NCBI GenBank assembly: GCA_964419045.1 | Contig: CAYQNO010000013.1 | Location: 3,808 to 67,807 of the forward strand | Source: an uncultured Flavobacteriales bacterium | Lineage (GTDB): Bacteria > Pseudomonadota > Alphaproteobacteria > UBA8366 > CAVOAK01 | DNA length: 64,000 nucleotides | Direction: 5' to 3' | In this document: positions 33,731-42,819 of the stretch, in pieces | Layout: each line of letters begins with the position of its first letter | Position numbering within the stretch: the stretch's first letter is position 1 | The notes under the pieces: generated by a model | Seen by the model: the letters and a program-made list of their open reading frames with translations, nothing else | Told to the model about the DNA's origin: nothing | The model's database searches: none | Made by a program: the position numbers and the translations under genes

Positions 33731-34666
33731 ATGGATATACAAGGTTCAAAGAAGGTCATATATGCCGCTTTCGTGGGCAATCTTTTGATTGCAGTAACAA
33801 AACTGGCGGCAGCGGTATTCACCGGTAGTTCTGCCATGGTGAGTGAGGCTGTCCATTCGATCGTTGACACAGTCAACCAGCTTCTACTCTTATATGGCCT
33901 TCGCCGTGCACAGCGTCAACCAGATGAATCCCACCCGTACGGCTACGGTATGGAGCTATATTTCTGGACCTTCGTTGTTGCGATCCTCATCTTTGGGCTT
34001 GGTGCTGGCGTTTCATTTTATGAAGGGATACAGAAACTACTAAAGCCGCATCCAATCTCAAACCCAGCCGTGAATTATATTGTACTAGCTGTAGCCATGA
34101 TTTTTGAAGCAGCAGCCTGGACCATCGCCTTTCGGGAGTTCCGCAGAGTGAAAGGCTCTGACGGATACATAGCTGCAGTTCGGCGAAGTAAAGACCCGGC
34201 CGTGTTTACGGTGTTGTTTGAGGACAGTGCAGCCATGGCGGGTCTTGTGATCGCGTTTGCTGGAATCCTAGCAGGCCAACTCCTCAACATGCCTATCATG
34301 GACGGAATAGCAGCTATCTGTATCGGTGTTATCTTAGCCATTGTTGGTGCGCTACTAGCCTACGAAGCAAAGGGCCTGCTCATAGGAGAAGCGGCTAAAC
34401 CATCAGTTGTGCGGAATATCAGAAAAATTGTCGAGAATGAATCTGGGATTTTAAATCTAAATGAAATGCTCACAATGCATTTTGGTCCCAAGGACGTCCT
34501 GCTCAACCTTAGTATTGATTTTGCAGATAACCTAAGTTCCCGAGATGTGGAGGAGTCAATTTCTCACATGGAACAGCAAATCAAAGAAAAACATCCTGAA
34601 GTAACCCGTGTATTTATTGAAGCACAAGGTAAACGCGCCAGTGATACTGCTAAAACCAACCACTAA
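33731..34666 (+). CDS. Cation diffusion facilitator (ZnT9/FieF-like)
   Basis: SEAVHSIVD, HPYGYG.E.YFW, FEDSAA, DG, C-terminal metallochaperone-like domain. Confidence 0.9.
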   Translation: MDIQGSKKVIYAAFVGNLLIAVTKLAAAVFTGSSAMVSEAVHSIVDTVNQLLLLYGLRRAQRQPDESHPYGYGMELYFWTFVVAILIFGLGAGVSFYEGIQKLLKPHPISNPAVNYIVLAVAMIFEAAAWTIAFREFRRVKGSDGYIAAVRRSKDPAVFTVLFEDSAAMAGLVIAFAGILAGQLLNMPIMDGIAAICIGVILAIVGALLAYEAKGLLIGEAAKPSVVRNIRKIVENESGILNLNEMLTMHFGPKDVLLNLSIDFADNLSSRDVEESISHMEQQIKEKHPEVTRVFIEAQGKRASDTAKTNH

Positions 34667-34930
34667 TAACGAATTAACTCCCAAACATCACGGCTGAAAC
34701 TAAACTAATAATGTGAACTGATGTTTAATAGGAAAGGCATACATCAAAAATTAATGTCAACTAATATTTCTTCCAATAAATTCTTGAATGATTTCGGCCA
34801 AAATCGTAATAAATCTGTTGGAAACGCGATAGTCGTGATTGCCCATAGTGCCAGTCTAACAATTGGAGGCCAACTGAATTTTGTTTTTCATATTTGACGT
34901 TTTAGCTTTACCAAGTCGGTATGTGCGAAT

Positions 34931-36919
34931 TTGATGGAATATTCGGTGGTTAGAAAAAATTTTATGCATAAGAAAATCGAATTCATTTGTCGCCAATTAG
35001 GTGGCAGTCTTCTAGTAATTATTTTTGGACTTGTTGGCCTGGTAGCAATTACTACGGCCGACGTTCGCGCTTTTGAACTGCAAAATGGAGTATTGTTTTC
35101 CGGATTGCAGCTGGCAAATACTGCGGCAACCACAGATGATGACGAGCTTATCGATGATGATGACCTTATCAGTGACGAAGACGAGGACGAGGAAGCAGAC
35201 GAAGAGGAGGAGTTGGAAGAAGATAATGTGGTAAAGGATGGGTCGGAAGCTCATGAAGCATTGTTTGCCGAAAGTCGCTATCCATCAGCTGGAACCTGCG
35301 GCACTTGCCATCCTAAACATTATCGCGAATGGCGCGTATCTCAACACTCATATTCACAATTAAGTCCTATCTATCTCTCGCTTAATAACAAAATAAACGA
35401 ACTTGCAAACGGTTCAAATGGGGACTTTTGTCTTCGCTGTCATAATCAGGTCGGTGCCAATTTGGGTGAAGACTCATTCGTATCAAATTTAGAACGCCAC
35501 CCAACGTCACGTGAAGGTATTACATGTGTTGTCTGCCACCGTATTAATAAAAGTTACAACAAGGCAAGCGGGCGCCTAGCCTTAGTCGAGGGCGGACTCA
35601 CAGAGCCCATCTTTGGACCTAAGGGGAACGAGGAACTAGCTCGAGTACTCGAAAATACCCACAAATATAGAGTGGTTACAGAGCCCGACGAATCGGGCCG
35701 TCAAATTCATAAGGAGGTAACCCAGTTTACCAATATTTCCCAACCTACATTTTGTGGGACTTGTCATGATGTAACTTTGTTTAACGGTTTCCGGCTGGAA
35801 GAAGCATTTAGTGAATACCGAATGTCACCTGCTGCAAAGCGGGGTGTAACCTGCCAAGACTGTCACATGGGCAAAGTACAGGGTAAGGTTTCTGGATATG
35901 AATTTGGACCAGCAGCCGTCGTAGGTGGTATAGAGACAGAGCCGCGAAAGATTACGGATCACTTTTTCGGAGGGCCCGACTATTCGATCATCCATCCTGG
36001 CATTTTTCCCCATAGTTCAGAAGCGCAACAGATGGCCAGCTTGGGAGAGTGGTTGCAATTCGACGTTGAAGCCGGGTGGGGAACCGACGCGTTCGAAGAC
36101 AATGTTGCGGACGATGCAAGTTTTCCCGAGCGTTGGCAGGCAATAGACGACAGATATGATGCACGTGAAATAATTAACGAACAACTAGAACTCTTGGCGT
36201 GGGCTACGGAGAAACGCCTAGAAGTTTTGCGTAACGGCTATCTTATGACTGACATTGTGACTGAGAAGGCTGATTCTGGAGGCATCAGATTTAAAGTGAA
36301 AGTTGAGAGTGCAACAGACGGCCACAACATACCAACTGGATTTACAGGCGAACGCCTGGTTTGGCTTGATGTGACCGTAACTGACCAAAACGGGACTGTA
36401 ATCATGAGGTCGGGTGACCGAGATCCAAATGGTGACCTTCGTGACGGACATTCAGCGTATGTACATGCTGGGGAAATTGATCTTGATCCTCAACTGTTCA
36501 GTCTCCAGTCTATATTTGTAACGCAGAATGGTCGTGGCGGTGAGATTGAACATGTAATCCCAATTCCTTATCCAGTCATCTCGCTGCCGCGTGTTTTACC
36601 TTCAGTGGCTTCACTGGTCTTTACCGGTGAGCCTGCCACGGAACGTAACCATAAAAAAGGGATAGAGCCACTAGGTCATCGTTGGGCTAAGTATAAAATC
36701 GATGGCAAGAATTTAACTGGAAAGGGACCTTACCGGGCGGTGATTAAGCTAATCCAACAACCGGTACCTATCAACTTGCTTGTGGCAATGCAAAGCGTTG
36801 GCTTTGATTACGGGCTTACTCCCCGCCAGGCAGGTGACGCGGTAATTGCAGGGGCGCAGGTCTTGTGGGAAAAAGAAATTGTATTTGAAGTGGATCAATT
36901 GGCTGAAGCTGCCAAATGA
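34931..36919 (+). CDS. Exported pentaheme c-type cytochrome (c554-like heme core, acidic N-terminal tract, large heme-free C-terminal domain)
   Basis: Five CxxCH: CGTCH, CLRCH, CVVCH, CGTCH, CQDCH; signal peptide ending VRA; HNIPTG motif. Real start may be ATG 34964. Confidence 0.9.
   Translation: MMEYSVVRKNFMHKKIEFICRQLGGSLLVIIFGLVGLVAITTADVRAFELQNGVLFSGLQLANTAATTDDDELIDDDDLISDEDEDEEADEEEELEEDNVVKDGSEAHEALFAESRYPSAGTCGTCHPKHYREWRVSQHSYSQLSPIYLSLNNKINELANGSNGDFCLRCHNQVGANLGEDSFVSNLERHPTSREGITCVVCHRINKSYNKASGRLALVEGGLTEPIFGPKGNEELARVLENTHKYRVVTEPDESGRQIHKEVTQFTNISQPTFCGTCHDVTLFNGFRLEEAFSEYRMSPAAKRGVTCQDCHMGKVQGKVSGYEFGPAAVVGGIETEPRKITDHFFGGPDYSIIHPGIFPHSSEAQQMASLGEWLQFDVEAGWGTDAFEDNVADDASFPERWQAIDDRYDAREIINEQLELLAWATEKRLEVLRNGYLMTDIVTEKADSGGIRFKVKVESATDGHNIPTGFTGERLVWLDVTVTDQNGTVIMRSGDRDPNGDLRDGHSAYVHAGEIDLDPQLFSLQSIFVTQNGRGGEIEHVIPIPYPVISLPRVLPSVASLVFTGEPATERNHKKGIEPLGHRWAKYKIDGKNLTGKGPYRAVIKLIQQPVPINLLVAMQSVGFDYGLTPRQAGDAVIAGAQVLWEKEIVFEVDQLAEAAK
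35135..35224 (+). repeat. Low-complexity Asp/Glu tract (23 of 30 residues acidic)
   Basis: DDDELIDDDDLISDEDEDEEADEEEELEED, encoded by GAT/GAC/GAA/GAG-rich DNA. Confidence 0.9.
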
Positions 36920-36999
36920 TCTTCCTACTAATGTAATTCCACCTTAATCAGACTAGTAGTTAGGACAGGTTATTGAATAAATCAGGGGAGAGTCGCTGT

Positions 37000-38487
37000 A
37001 TGAACACTTCCTTGCGGGATAAGGCCAAATTGCGTGCCCACTCCGCTGCAGTAATATATTCTTTTATGGTTTTCTCCCTGTTTGTGAGTAGCTCTCATGC
37101 CAATGCAGGTAGTGAAAGTAAATGGTATGATTTTTTCTGGCCGCTTGGTGCACCAGTTCACGTTGAAGCCCTCAAGGAAGAATACGTACCATATAAATCA
37201 ACCGGAGAAATACCGTTTCGACCGGGTCTTCTAATAGAATTGGGCGATCCATTTCTTGATACTGGACAACTGGATCCAGGTTTTGAAGTCCCTTTGATCG
37301 AAGCTGTATGGCAACCTCGATTGTGGTCATATTTTATTCATCGCACGACATTACAGACTTTCGACAATGGCGCCGACGGTAGGGATCGAGATACGGAGTG
37401 GGCAAACCGTCTCGATTTTTTTGCAAATTTACAACTAACCGGAACTGAAAAAATTCTCCTTGGTCTTCGTCCAGTGGATAATAATCAACCCGGAAGGTTC
37501 TCCCGAATTGCATTCGATAGTTCGGATAATGGGTTTAAAAATGAGCTTAATTTGGACGTAGAGACTCTATTCTTCGAAGGTGATATAGGAAGTCTCCTCC
37601 CGGTACTCGACCGTGCTGGCATCAAGCCAATAGATTTCGGATTTACTGTTGGTCGACAGCCTTTTACTTTCCAGGAAGGTATCATTATCAACGATACCGT
37701 CGATGCGATTGGTTTTGTTAGGAATAACATCCCCTTTCCTGGAACTTCTAATCTTCGAATTTCAGGTTTGTGGGGTTGGCACCGACTTGACCGGAATGAC
37801 AGAGCTCGCAGCTCTGACGCCAACATGTACGCGCTCTTTACGGCTGTAGATGCGCCCGTTAGCACGTTCAATCTTGATTTAATCTATGTAGATGACAACG
37901 CTAACGACGGTAGTGGTGACGGTTTCTATGTGGGTGCATCCGCCATTCAGCGTATCCGGGCACTGGGTGGGATGAGCACTGCGTTTCGCATTAATAGCTC
38001 TATTGCCCTTGATGATGAGATTGGAGGAAATGTCATTGGTAATGGGACACTGTTAACAGCGGAATTCTCAAAGACACCGCACGGGTCAGATGACATTGCA
38101 TACGTTAACCCATTTCTTAGCATTGGTAACTTCACCCAGGCAGGCCGCGAGCCCATTCTTGGTGGCCCATTAGCTAATACCGGCATACTGTTTGCATCAC
38201 CAAATCTTAGTACCCACGGCGCCGAAATAAACCCATTTACCGACGACGTTTATGGTCTGGCCACCGGCTACCAAGCATTTTGGGATAATAAGAGACGAAA
38301 TCTTATTTTAGAACTAGCGGCTCGTCGTGACTACAGTGGGAATGGGTTTGATTCTTATGGAGCAGGATTCCAGCTGCAACAGGCAGTCGGACAACACTAC
38401 CAGTTACAGTTAGAGGGATTTCATACAATCCAGACAACACGCCAAGATGCCACTGGTGCCCGAGCCGAAATTTTAATTGTATTTTGA
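37000..38487 (+). CDS. Putative outer-membrane beta-barrel (porin-like) protein
   Basis: Signal peptide (SHA cleavage), many amphipathic alternating strands, C-terminal ARAEILIVF ending in Phe (BAM signal), no CxxCH. ATG 37000 has RBS AGGGGAG. Confidence 0.75.
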   Translation: MNTSLRDKAKLRAHSAAVIYSFMVFSLFVSSSHANAGSESKWYDFFWPLGAPVHVEALKEEYVPYKSTGEIPFRPGLLIELGDPFLDTGQLDPGFEVPLIEAVWQPRLWSYFIHRTTLQTFDNGADGRDRDTEWANRLDFFANLQLTGTEKILLGLRPVDNNQPGRFSRIAFDSSDNGFKNELNLDVETLFFEGDIGSLLPVLDRAGIKPIDFGFTVGRQPFTFQEGIIINDTVDAIGFVRNNIPFPGTSNLRISGLWGWHRLDRNDRARSSDANMYALFTAVDAPVSTFNLDLIYVDDNANDGSGDGFYVGASAIQRIRALGGMSTAFRINSSIALDDEIGGNVIGNGTLLTAEFSKTPHGSDDIAYVNPFLSIGNFTQAGREPILGGPLANTGILFASPNLSTHGAEINPFTDDVYGLATGYQAFWDNKRRNLILELAARRDYSGNGFDSYGAGFQLQQAVGQHYQLQLEGFHTIQTTRQDATGARAEILIVF

Positions 38488-38590
38488 TTTGGTATTAACC
38501 TGGATAATGATCCATCCGATCAACCAAATTTGTATAATGCAAACACAAGTGTCCTGCCGCCAAACAAGGTACCTTTAGGTAATAGAGACC

Positions 38591-39877
38591 ATGATGGAGG
38601 CAAATTTCATTTCCACAGCCTTTCAATTTGCCGGTATCATGATTATCGGCGTCGTCTTGATTCAAGTTGTCCTGATGCTTATTTCGTCATTCCGTCATTT
38701 TTCACGTGAGGACGAACGGGAGAAATTAGGGCTCAATACGTTGCGTTACCGGACCGAAGCCCTCCTAGTTCGTAGCAATACTGAGCGGGAACGCGTGGAG
38801 CTTTCCTGGAACGGTTTTCGTAAATTCGAAATACAAAGTATCGTTTCCGAGGCAAAGGACATTAATTCATACTACCTGGTGCCACACGATGGAAAACCTC
38901 TGCCCCCATTTTTGCCAGGCCAATACCTAACATTCCAATTAAAGATTCCAGATTTAGCAAAGCCCCTTATTCGATGTTATTCGCTATCAGACAGTCCAAA
39001 TCACTCGGATCGCTACAGAGTCTCCATAAAAAAAATTCTGTCACCACGTAACGAACCCGATGCCCCACCTGGTCGCTCATCTTCATACTTCCATGAGAGT
39101 CTGAACGTCGGCGATATTCTCGATGTCAAGGCGCCGAGTGGTCATTTTTATCTACAAACTGCAAAAGATAATTCTATCGTGCTAATAGGAGGTGGGATCG
39201 GTATCACGCCTGTACTCAGCATGTTGAACGCGCTTTGCGAATCAGAATCCAAGCGAGAAGTTTGGTTTTTTCTGGGCCTACGAAACGGTTCTGAACACCC
39301 CATGAAGGATCATCTAACGGAGTTAGCTAATGTTCACGAAAATCTCCAATTGAATATTTGCTATAGTAATCCCGAGGAACATGACGTTAAAGGACACGAC
39401 TACCAGCATGCGGAACGAGTCAGTGTTGACTTGTTCAAACGATTACTACCTTCTAATAACTATACATTTTATATCTGTGGACCTCCCCCGATGATGGAAA
39501 TGGTGACTGAGGATTTAAAGTTATGGGGGGTGCCTGAGGATGAAATTCACTTCGAGGCATTTGGCGCAGCGACGGTCAAGCGGACGAAAGTGGTCACAGC
39601 AGAACCCAAGGAAGGAGCGGTTGTTCCGCATATCGTATTTTCTCGGTCAGGAGCTACACTTCCATGGGATGGAAGTGCCGAATCGCTGCTTGACTTTGCA
39701 GAGCGTAACGGAATTGATATCGATTCTGGCTGCAGAGCGGGCAATTGTGGTACTTGCATCACGGCCATAAAATCGGGCGAAATAGAGTATAGTATCGAGC
39801 CTGGAGCTCCACCCGAAGATGGGTCATGTCTGACTTGTATTTCAATACCAAAATCTAATCTAACGTTGGACGCATGA
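38591..39877 (+). CDS. Membrane-anchored FAD/NAD(P)H-binding oxidoreductase with C-terminal [2Fe-2S] ferredoxin (FNR/PDR-type)
   Basis: N-terminal TM (FAGIMIIGVVLIQVVLMLI), RCYSLS, GRSSSY, GGGIGITP, YICGP, FEAFG, CRAGNCGTC...C. Confidence 0.9.
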   Translation: MMEANFISTAFQFAGIMIIGVVLIQVVLMLISSFRHFSREDEREKLGLNTLRYRTEALLVRSNTERERVELSWNGFRKFEIQSIVSEAKDINSYYLVPHDGKPLPPFLPGQYLTFQLKIPDLAKPLIRCYSLSDSPNHSDRYRVSIKKILSPRNEPDAPPGRSSSYFHESLNVGDILDVKAPSGHFYLQTAKDNSIVLIGGGIGITPVLSMLNALCESESKREVWFFLGLRNGSEHPMKDHLTELANVHENLQLNICYSNPEEHDVKGHDYQHAERVSVDLFKRLLPSNNYTFYICGPPPMMEMVTEDLKLWGVPEDEIHFEAFGAATVKRTKVVTAEPKEGAVVPHIVFSRSGATLPWDGSAESLLDFAERNGIDIDSGCRAGNCGTCITAIKSGEIEYSIEPGAPPEDGSCLTCISIPKSNLTLDA

Positions 39878-39983
39878 GTTTACCAAATATCGCCCCGAAG
39901 AAGATGATTTAAACGGATATAATTATTAAGGGGTTAGGCTGTTATTAATACCATAATTACTAGACACGGTAGACCTACGGAGA

Positions 39984-41033
39984 TTGACCGCTATGATAAA
40001 ATTTAATCTGCCAGTCCCAGTTGGCTGCCTCTCAATGATGGCGGCCCTAGCTTTCGGACTCGTTGTTGGGATTTCGGTTTTCCAAGGACAAGTAAATGCC
40101 CAAGAATATCGACTTGATCCGAAAGCAGTTGTGGGGCCTGATGCATGCGGCGAATGCCATAAATCTTCCGTAACAACTTGGAAATTAACGCATCACTCAA
40201 CAACATTTAAGAGCCTACCAAGAAGCAAAAAGGCGAAGGAAATAGCTAACAAACTTGGACTCAAGAGAATCAAGGCAGAAAGCGACTGTTTGACATGCCA
40301 CTTCACAACAGCAGTAAAAAAAGGCAAGGAGGCACCCATTGCCGGCATTACCTGTGAATCGTGTCACGGCGCAGGAAAAGACTGGATAAAATTACACAGT
40401 GATTACGGCGGTAAGGGTGCGACAAAGGATTCAGAATCTGCAGCGCACAAAGCAGAACGTTACGCAAATTCTGAAGCTGCGGGTATGATCAGGCCTTCCC
40501 TTCTCTACGATGTTGCAGCCAATTGTTATGGTTGCCACACAGTGCCAAATGAGGAACTTGTCAACAAGGGTGGGCATCCAGCTGGAAGCAAGTTTGAACT
40601 CGTTGCTTGGACGCAGGGTGAAGTACGCCACAACGTTTGGTATAGCAAAGAAAATAACGAAGCTTCGACTAATCGCAGACGGATGATGTATATCGTAGGT
40701 AAAGCCCTTGATCTTGAATTTGCACTCCGTGGCGTAGGTAAGGCGACAGCAAACAAAACCTATGCAAAATCTATGGCACGGCGGGCAAAATTGGCACGTA
40801 AGGCTATACAAACTATCGCTGCCGTAATTAAAACGCCTGAACTAAATTCGATCGTTATAGCGGCCAGTGAGGCAAAACTGAAGCTCAACAACGACGCTGC
40901 CTTATCGGCCGCGGCTGACAAAATAGCCGCCGCAGCCCGGAAATTTGCAAAAAATTACGATGGTAGCCAATTTATTGGTATCGATGACATGTTACCCGCT
41001 GCCAATAAATATAAGGGTAAAATAGCGCCGTAG
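39984..41033 (+). CDS. Exported tetraheme cytochrome c (c554-like), Lys-rich
   Basis: CGECH, CLTCH, CESCH (GITCESCHG), CYGCH; signal peptide ending VNA. Confidence 0.9.
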   Translation: MTAMIKFNLPVPVGCLSMMAALAFGLVVGISVFQGQVNAQEYRLDPKAVVGPDACGECHKSSVTTWKLTHHSTTFKSLPRSKKAKEIANKLGLKRIKAESDCLTCHFTTAVKKGKEAPIAGITCESCHGAGKDWIKLHSDYGGKGATKDSESAAHKAERYANSEAAGMIRPSLLYDVAANCYGCHTVPNEELVNKGGHPAGSKFELVAWTQGEVRHNVWYSKENNEASTNRRRMMYIVGKALDLEFALRGVGKATANKTYAKSMARRAKLARKAIQTIAAVIKTPELNSIVIAASEAKLKLNNDAALSAAADKIAAAARKFAKNYDGSQFIGIDDMLPAANKYKGKIAP

Positions 41034-41067
41034 TAATAAAATTGCTAGAAACCCAGGGGTACGATAT

Positions 41068-42819
41068 ATGGCAAAATCGGTGCTGATCCAGCAGTCTCGG
41101 CGTTGGGACAATCCATTCAGCGCGGATATGACCGAAGCCGATGTAGATCGAATTTTAGATATCGAGTTATTTCGCAACATGGATGCCGAAAAGTTTCCGG
41201 CATCTGCGTCATTACGAGATATCATACGAAATGACATGTGCATCCGCGAATATCGTAGTGGTGATATTATTATCCGTGAAGATGATTACGATACTTCGGC
41301 ATTCATCGTAATGTCAGGCAGTGTGCGTGCAGTATTGCCGCCAGGGCTAGCCAATGAAGTACTTGGTAGGGCTGATATGCCAAGGAAAGGACTCTGGGAA
41401 GCATTTAAGCAGATCTGGACTAATCCCGAATTTCCGGAGGTTCGTGACCCTTCTCGTTATACTAACGCTCGCGGTACTGGTACACGACAAATCGATTCAG
41501 AAGAAATACATATTTTTCTCCAGAACGTGCCGGATATTTTAGAGAAAAATCGTACCGTACAATTTGGGCCTGGCGAAATGTTCGGTGAAATCGCTGCCCT
41601 TGCTCGTGAGGCGCGGACTGCGACTATCTTTGCTGATGAAGATTCAGTACTCGTCGAAGTTAGACGTCAGGGAATACTCAATATACGACGCCGCGCAGTC
41701 GAGTTTCGCCAATACGTGGATCAGTTATATCGGGAACGTACACTTACAACTCACTTGCAAGAAACGCCAATATTCAACCATCTCAGAGCGGAAATAATTG
41801 AGATGATTGCGGAGAAAACATTATTTGATACTTTTGGGGATTTCTCCTGGTACATAAACTATAAGAAAATGATCGAAGACAGCAGTAGTGAAAGGCTGGC
41901 TCAGGAACCAATTATAGTAGAAGAAGGGCATTACCCTGATGGCCTCTTGATGATCCGAAGCGGATTTGCACGCGTAAGCCGCCGGCTAAACCATGGTCAA
42001 CAGACCGTGCGCTATATTGGTCGCGGTACAGTCTTCGGCTTTGATGAAATTGTGCGGCAATGGCAGAGTGGTAGTAAAGACTCAGAAGGCTATCGCTACT
42101 CCCTACGCTCTGTGGGCTATACTGACGTCCTAAGAGTCCCAACATCGATTATCGAAGAATACGTACTACCCACCATGCCGGAAGATATTCTAACTGCTCA
42201 TTTGGAAACTGAGTTAAATACATACGTAGAAACCAATAAGGATACGTACGAGGAAAACCCGGACGGTGATGATCCTGTAATAGGGACGTCCAAACTCGAA
42301 TTTATCGTTGAGAACCGTTATATTAATGGTACTGCTACGATGCTAATAGATCTTGACCGGTGTGTTCGGTGTGATTCTTGTGTCGAAGCTTGCGCTACTG
42401 GTCATAACAACAATCCGCGATTTCTCAGGCATGGAAGGACTTTCGATCACTTCATGGTGGCTAACGCTTGCATGCACTGTACTGATCCTGTCTGCATGAT
42501 TGGATGTCCAACTGGCGCAATCCACCGTAATGCATTAGGGGGGCAAGTTGTCATAAATGATGATACCTGTATTGGCTGTGCATCATGCGCAAATAATTGC
42601 CCATACGATAATATTAGAATGGTGGAAATTCGAGATTCAAATGGTGAATTTATTCGTGATGAAGCTACCAATTCAACAATCTTAAAAGCCTCTAAATGTG
42701 ATCTTTGTGCTGATCAGCCAGGCGGTCCAGCATGCCAGCGCGCTTGCCCACACGATGCGTTATACCGAGTAAATATGGGCGAGCTGCCATCCATCACTGC
42801 ATTACTGAGCCGACAATGA
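41068..42819 (+). CDS. Cytoplasmic protein with two cNMP-binding domains fused to a DmsB/NrfC-like 4x[4Fe-4S] domain
   Basis: CNBD1 FGEIAALAREARTAT; degenerate CNBD2 (GTVFGFDE); Cys motifs CVRCDSCVEAC, CMHCTDPVCMIGCP, CIGCASCANNCP, KCDLC...PACQRACP; no signal peptide. Confidence 0.9.
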   Translation: MAKSVLIQQSRRWDNPFSADMTEADVDRILDIELFRNMDAEKFPASASLRDIIRNDMCIREYRSGDIIIREDDYDTSAFIVMSGSVRAVLPPGLANEVLGRADMPRKGLWEAFKQIWTNPEFPEVRDPSRYTNARGTGTRQIDSEEIHIFLQNVPDILEKNRTVQFGPGEMFGEIAALAREARTATIFADEDSVLVEVRRQGILNIRRRAVEFRQYVDQLYRERTLTTHLQETPIFNHLRAEIIEMIAEKTLFDTFGDFSWYINYKKMIEDSSSERLAQEPIIVEEGHYPDGLLMIRSGFARVSRRLNHGQQTVRYIGRGTVFGFDEIVRQWQSGSKDSEGYRYSLRSVGYTDVLRVPTSIIEEYVLPTMPEDILTAHLETELNTYVETNKDTYEENPDGDDPVIGTSKLEFIVENRYINGTATMLIDLDRCVRCDSCVEACATGHNNNPRFLRHGRTFDHFMVANACMHCTDPVCMIGCPTGAIHRNALGGQVVINDDTCIGCASCANNCPYDNIRMVEIRDSNGEFIRDEATNSTILKASKCDLCADQPGGPACQRACPHDALYRVNMGELPSITALLSRQ

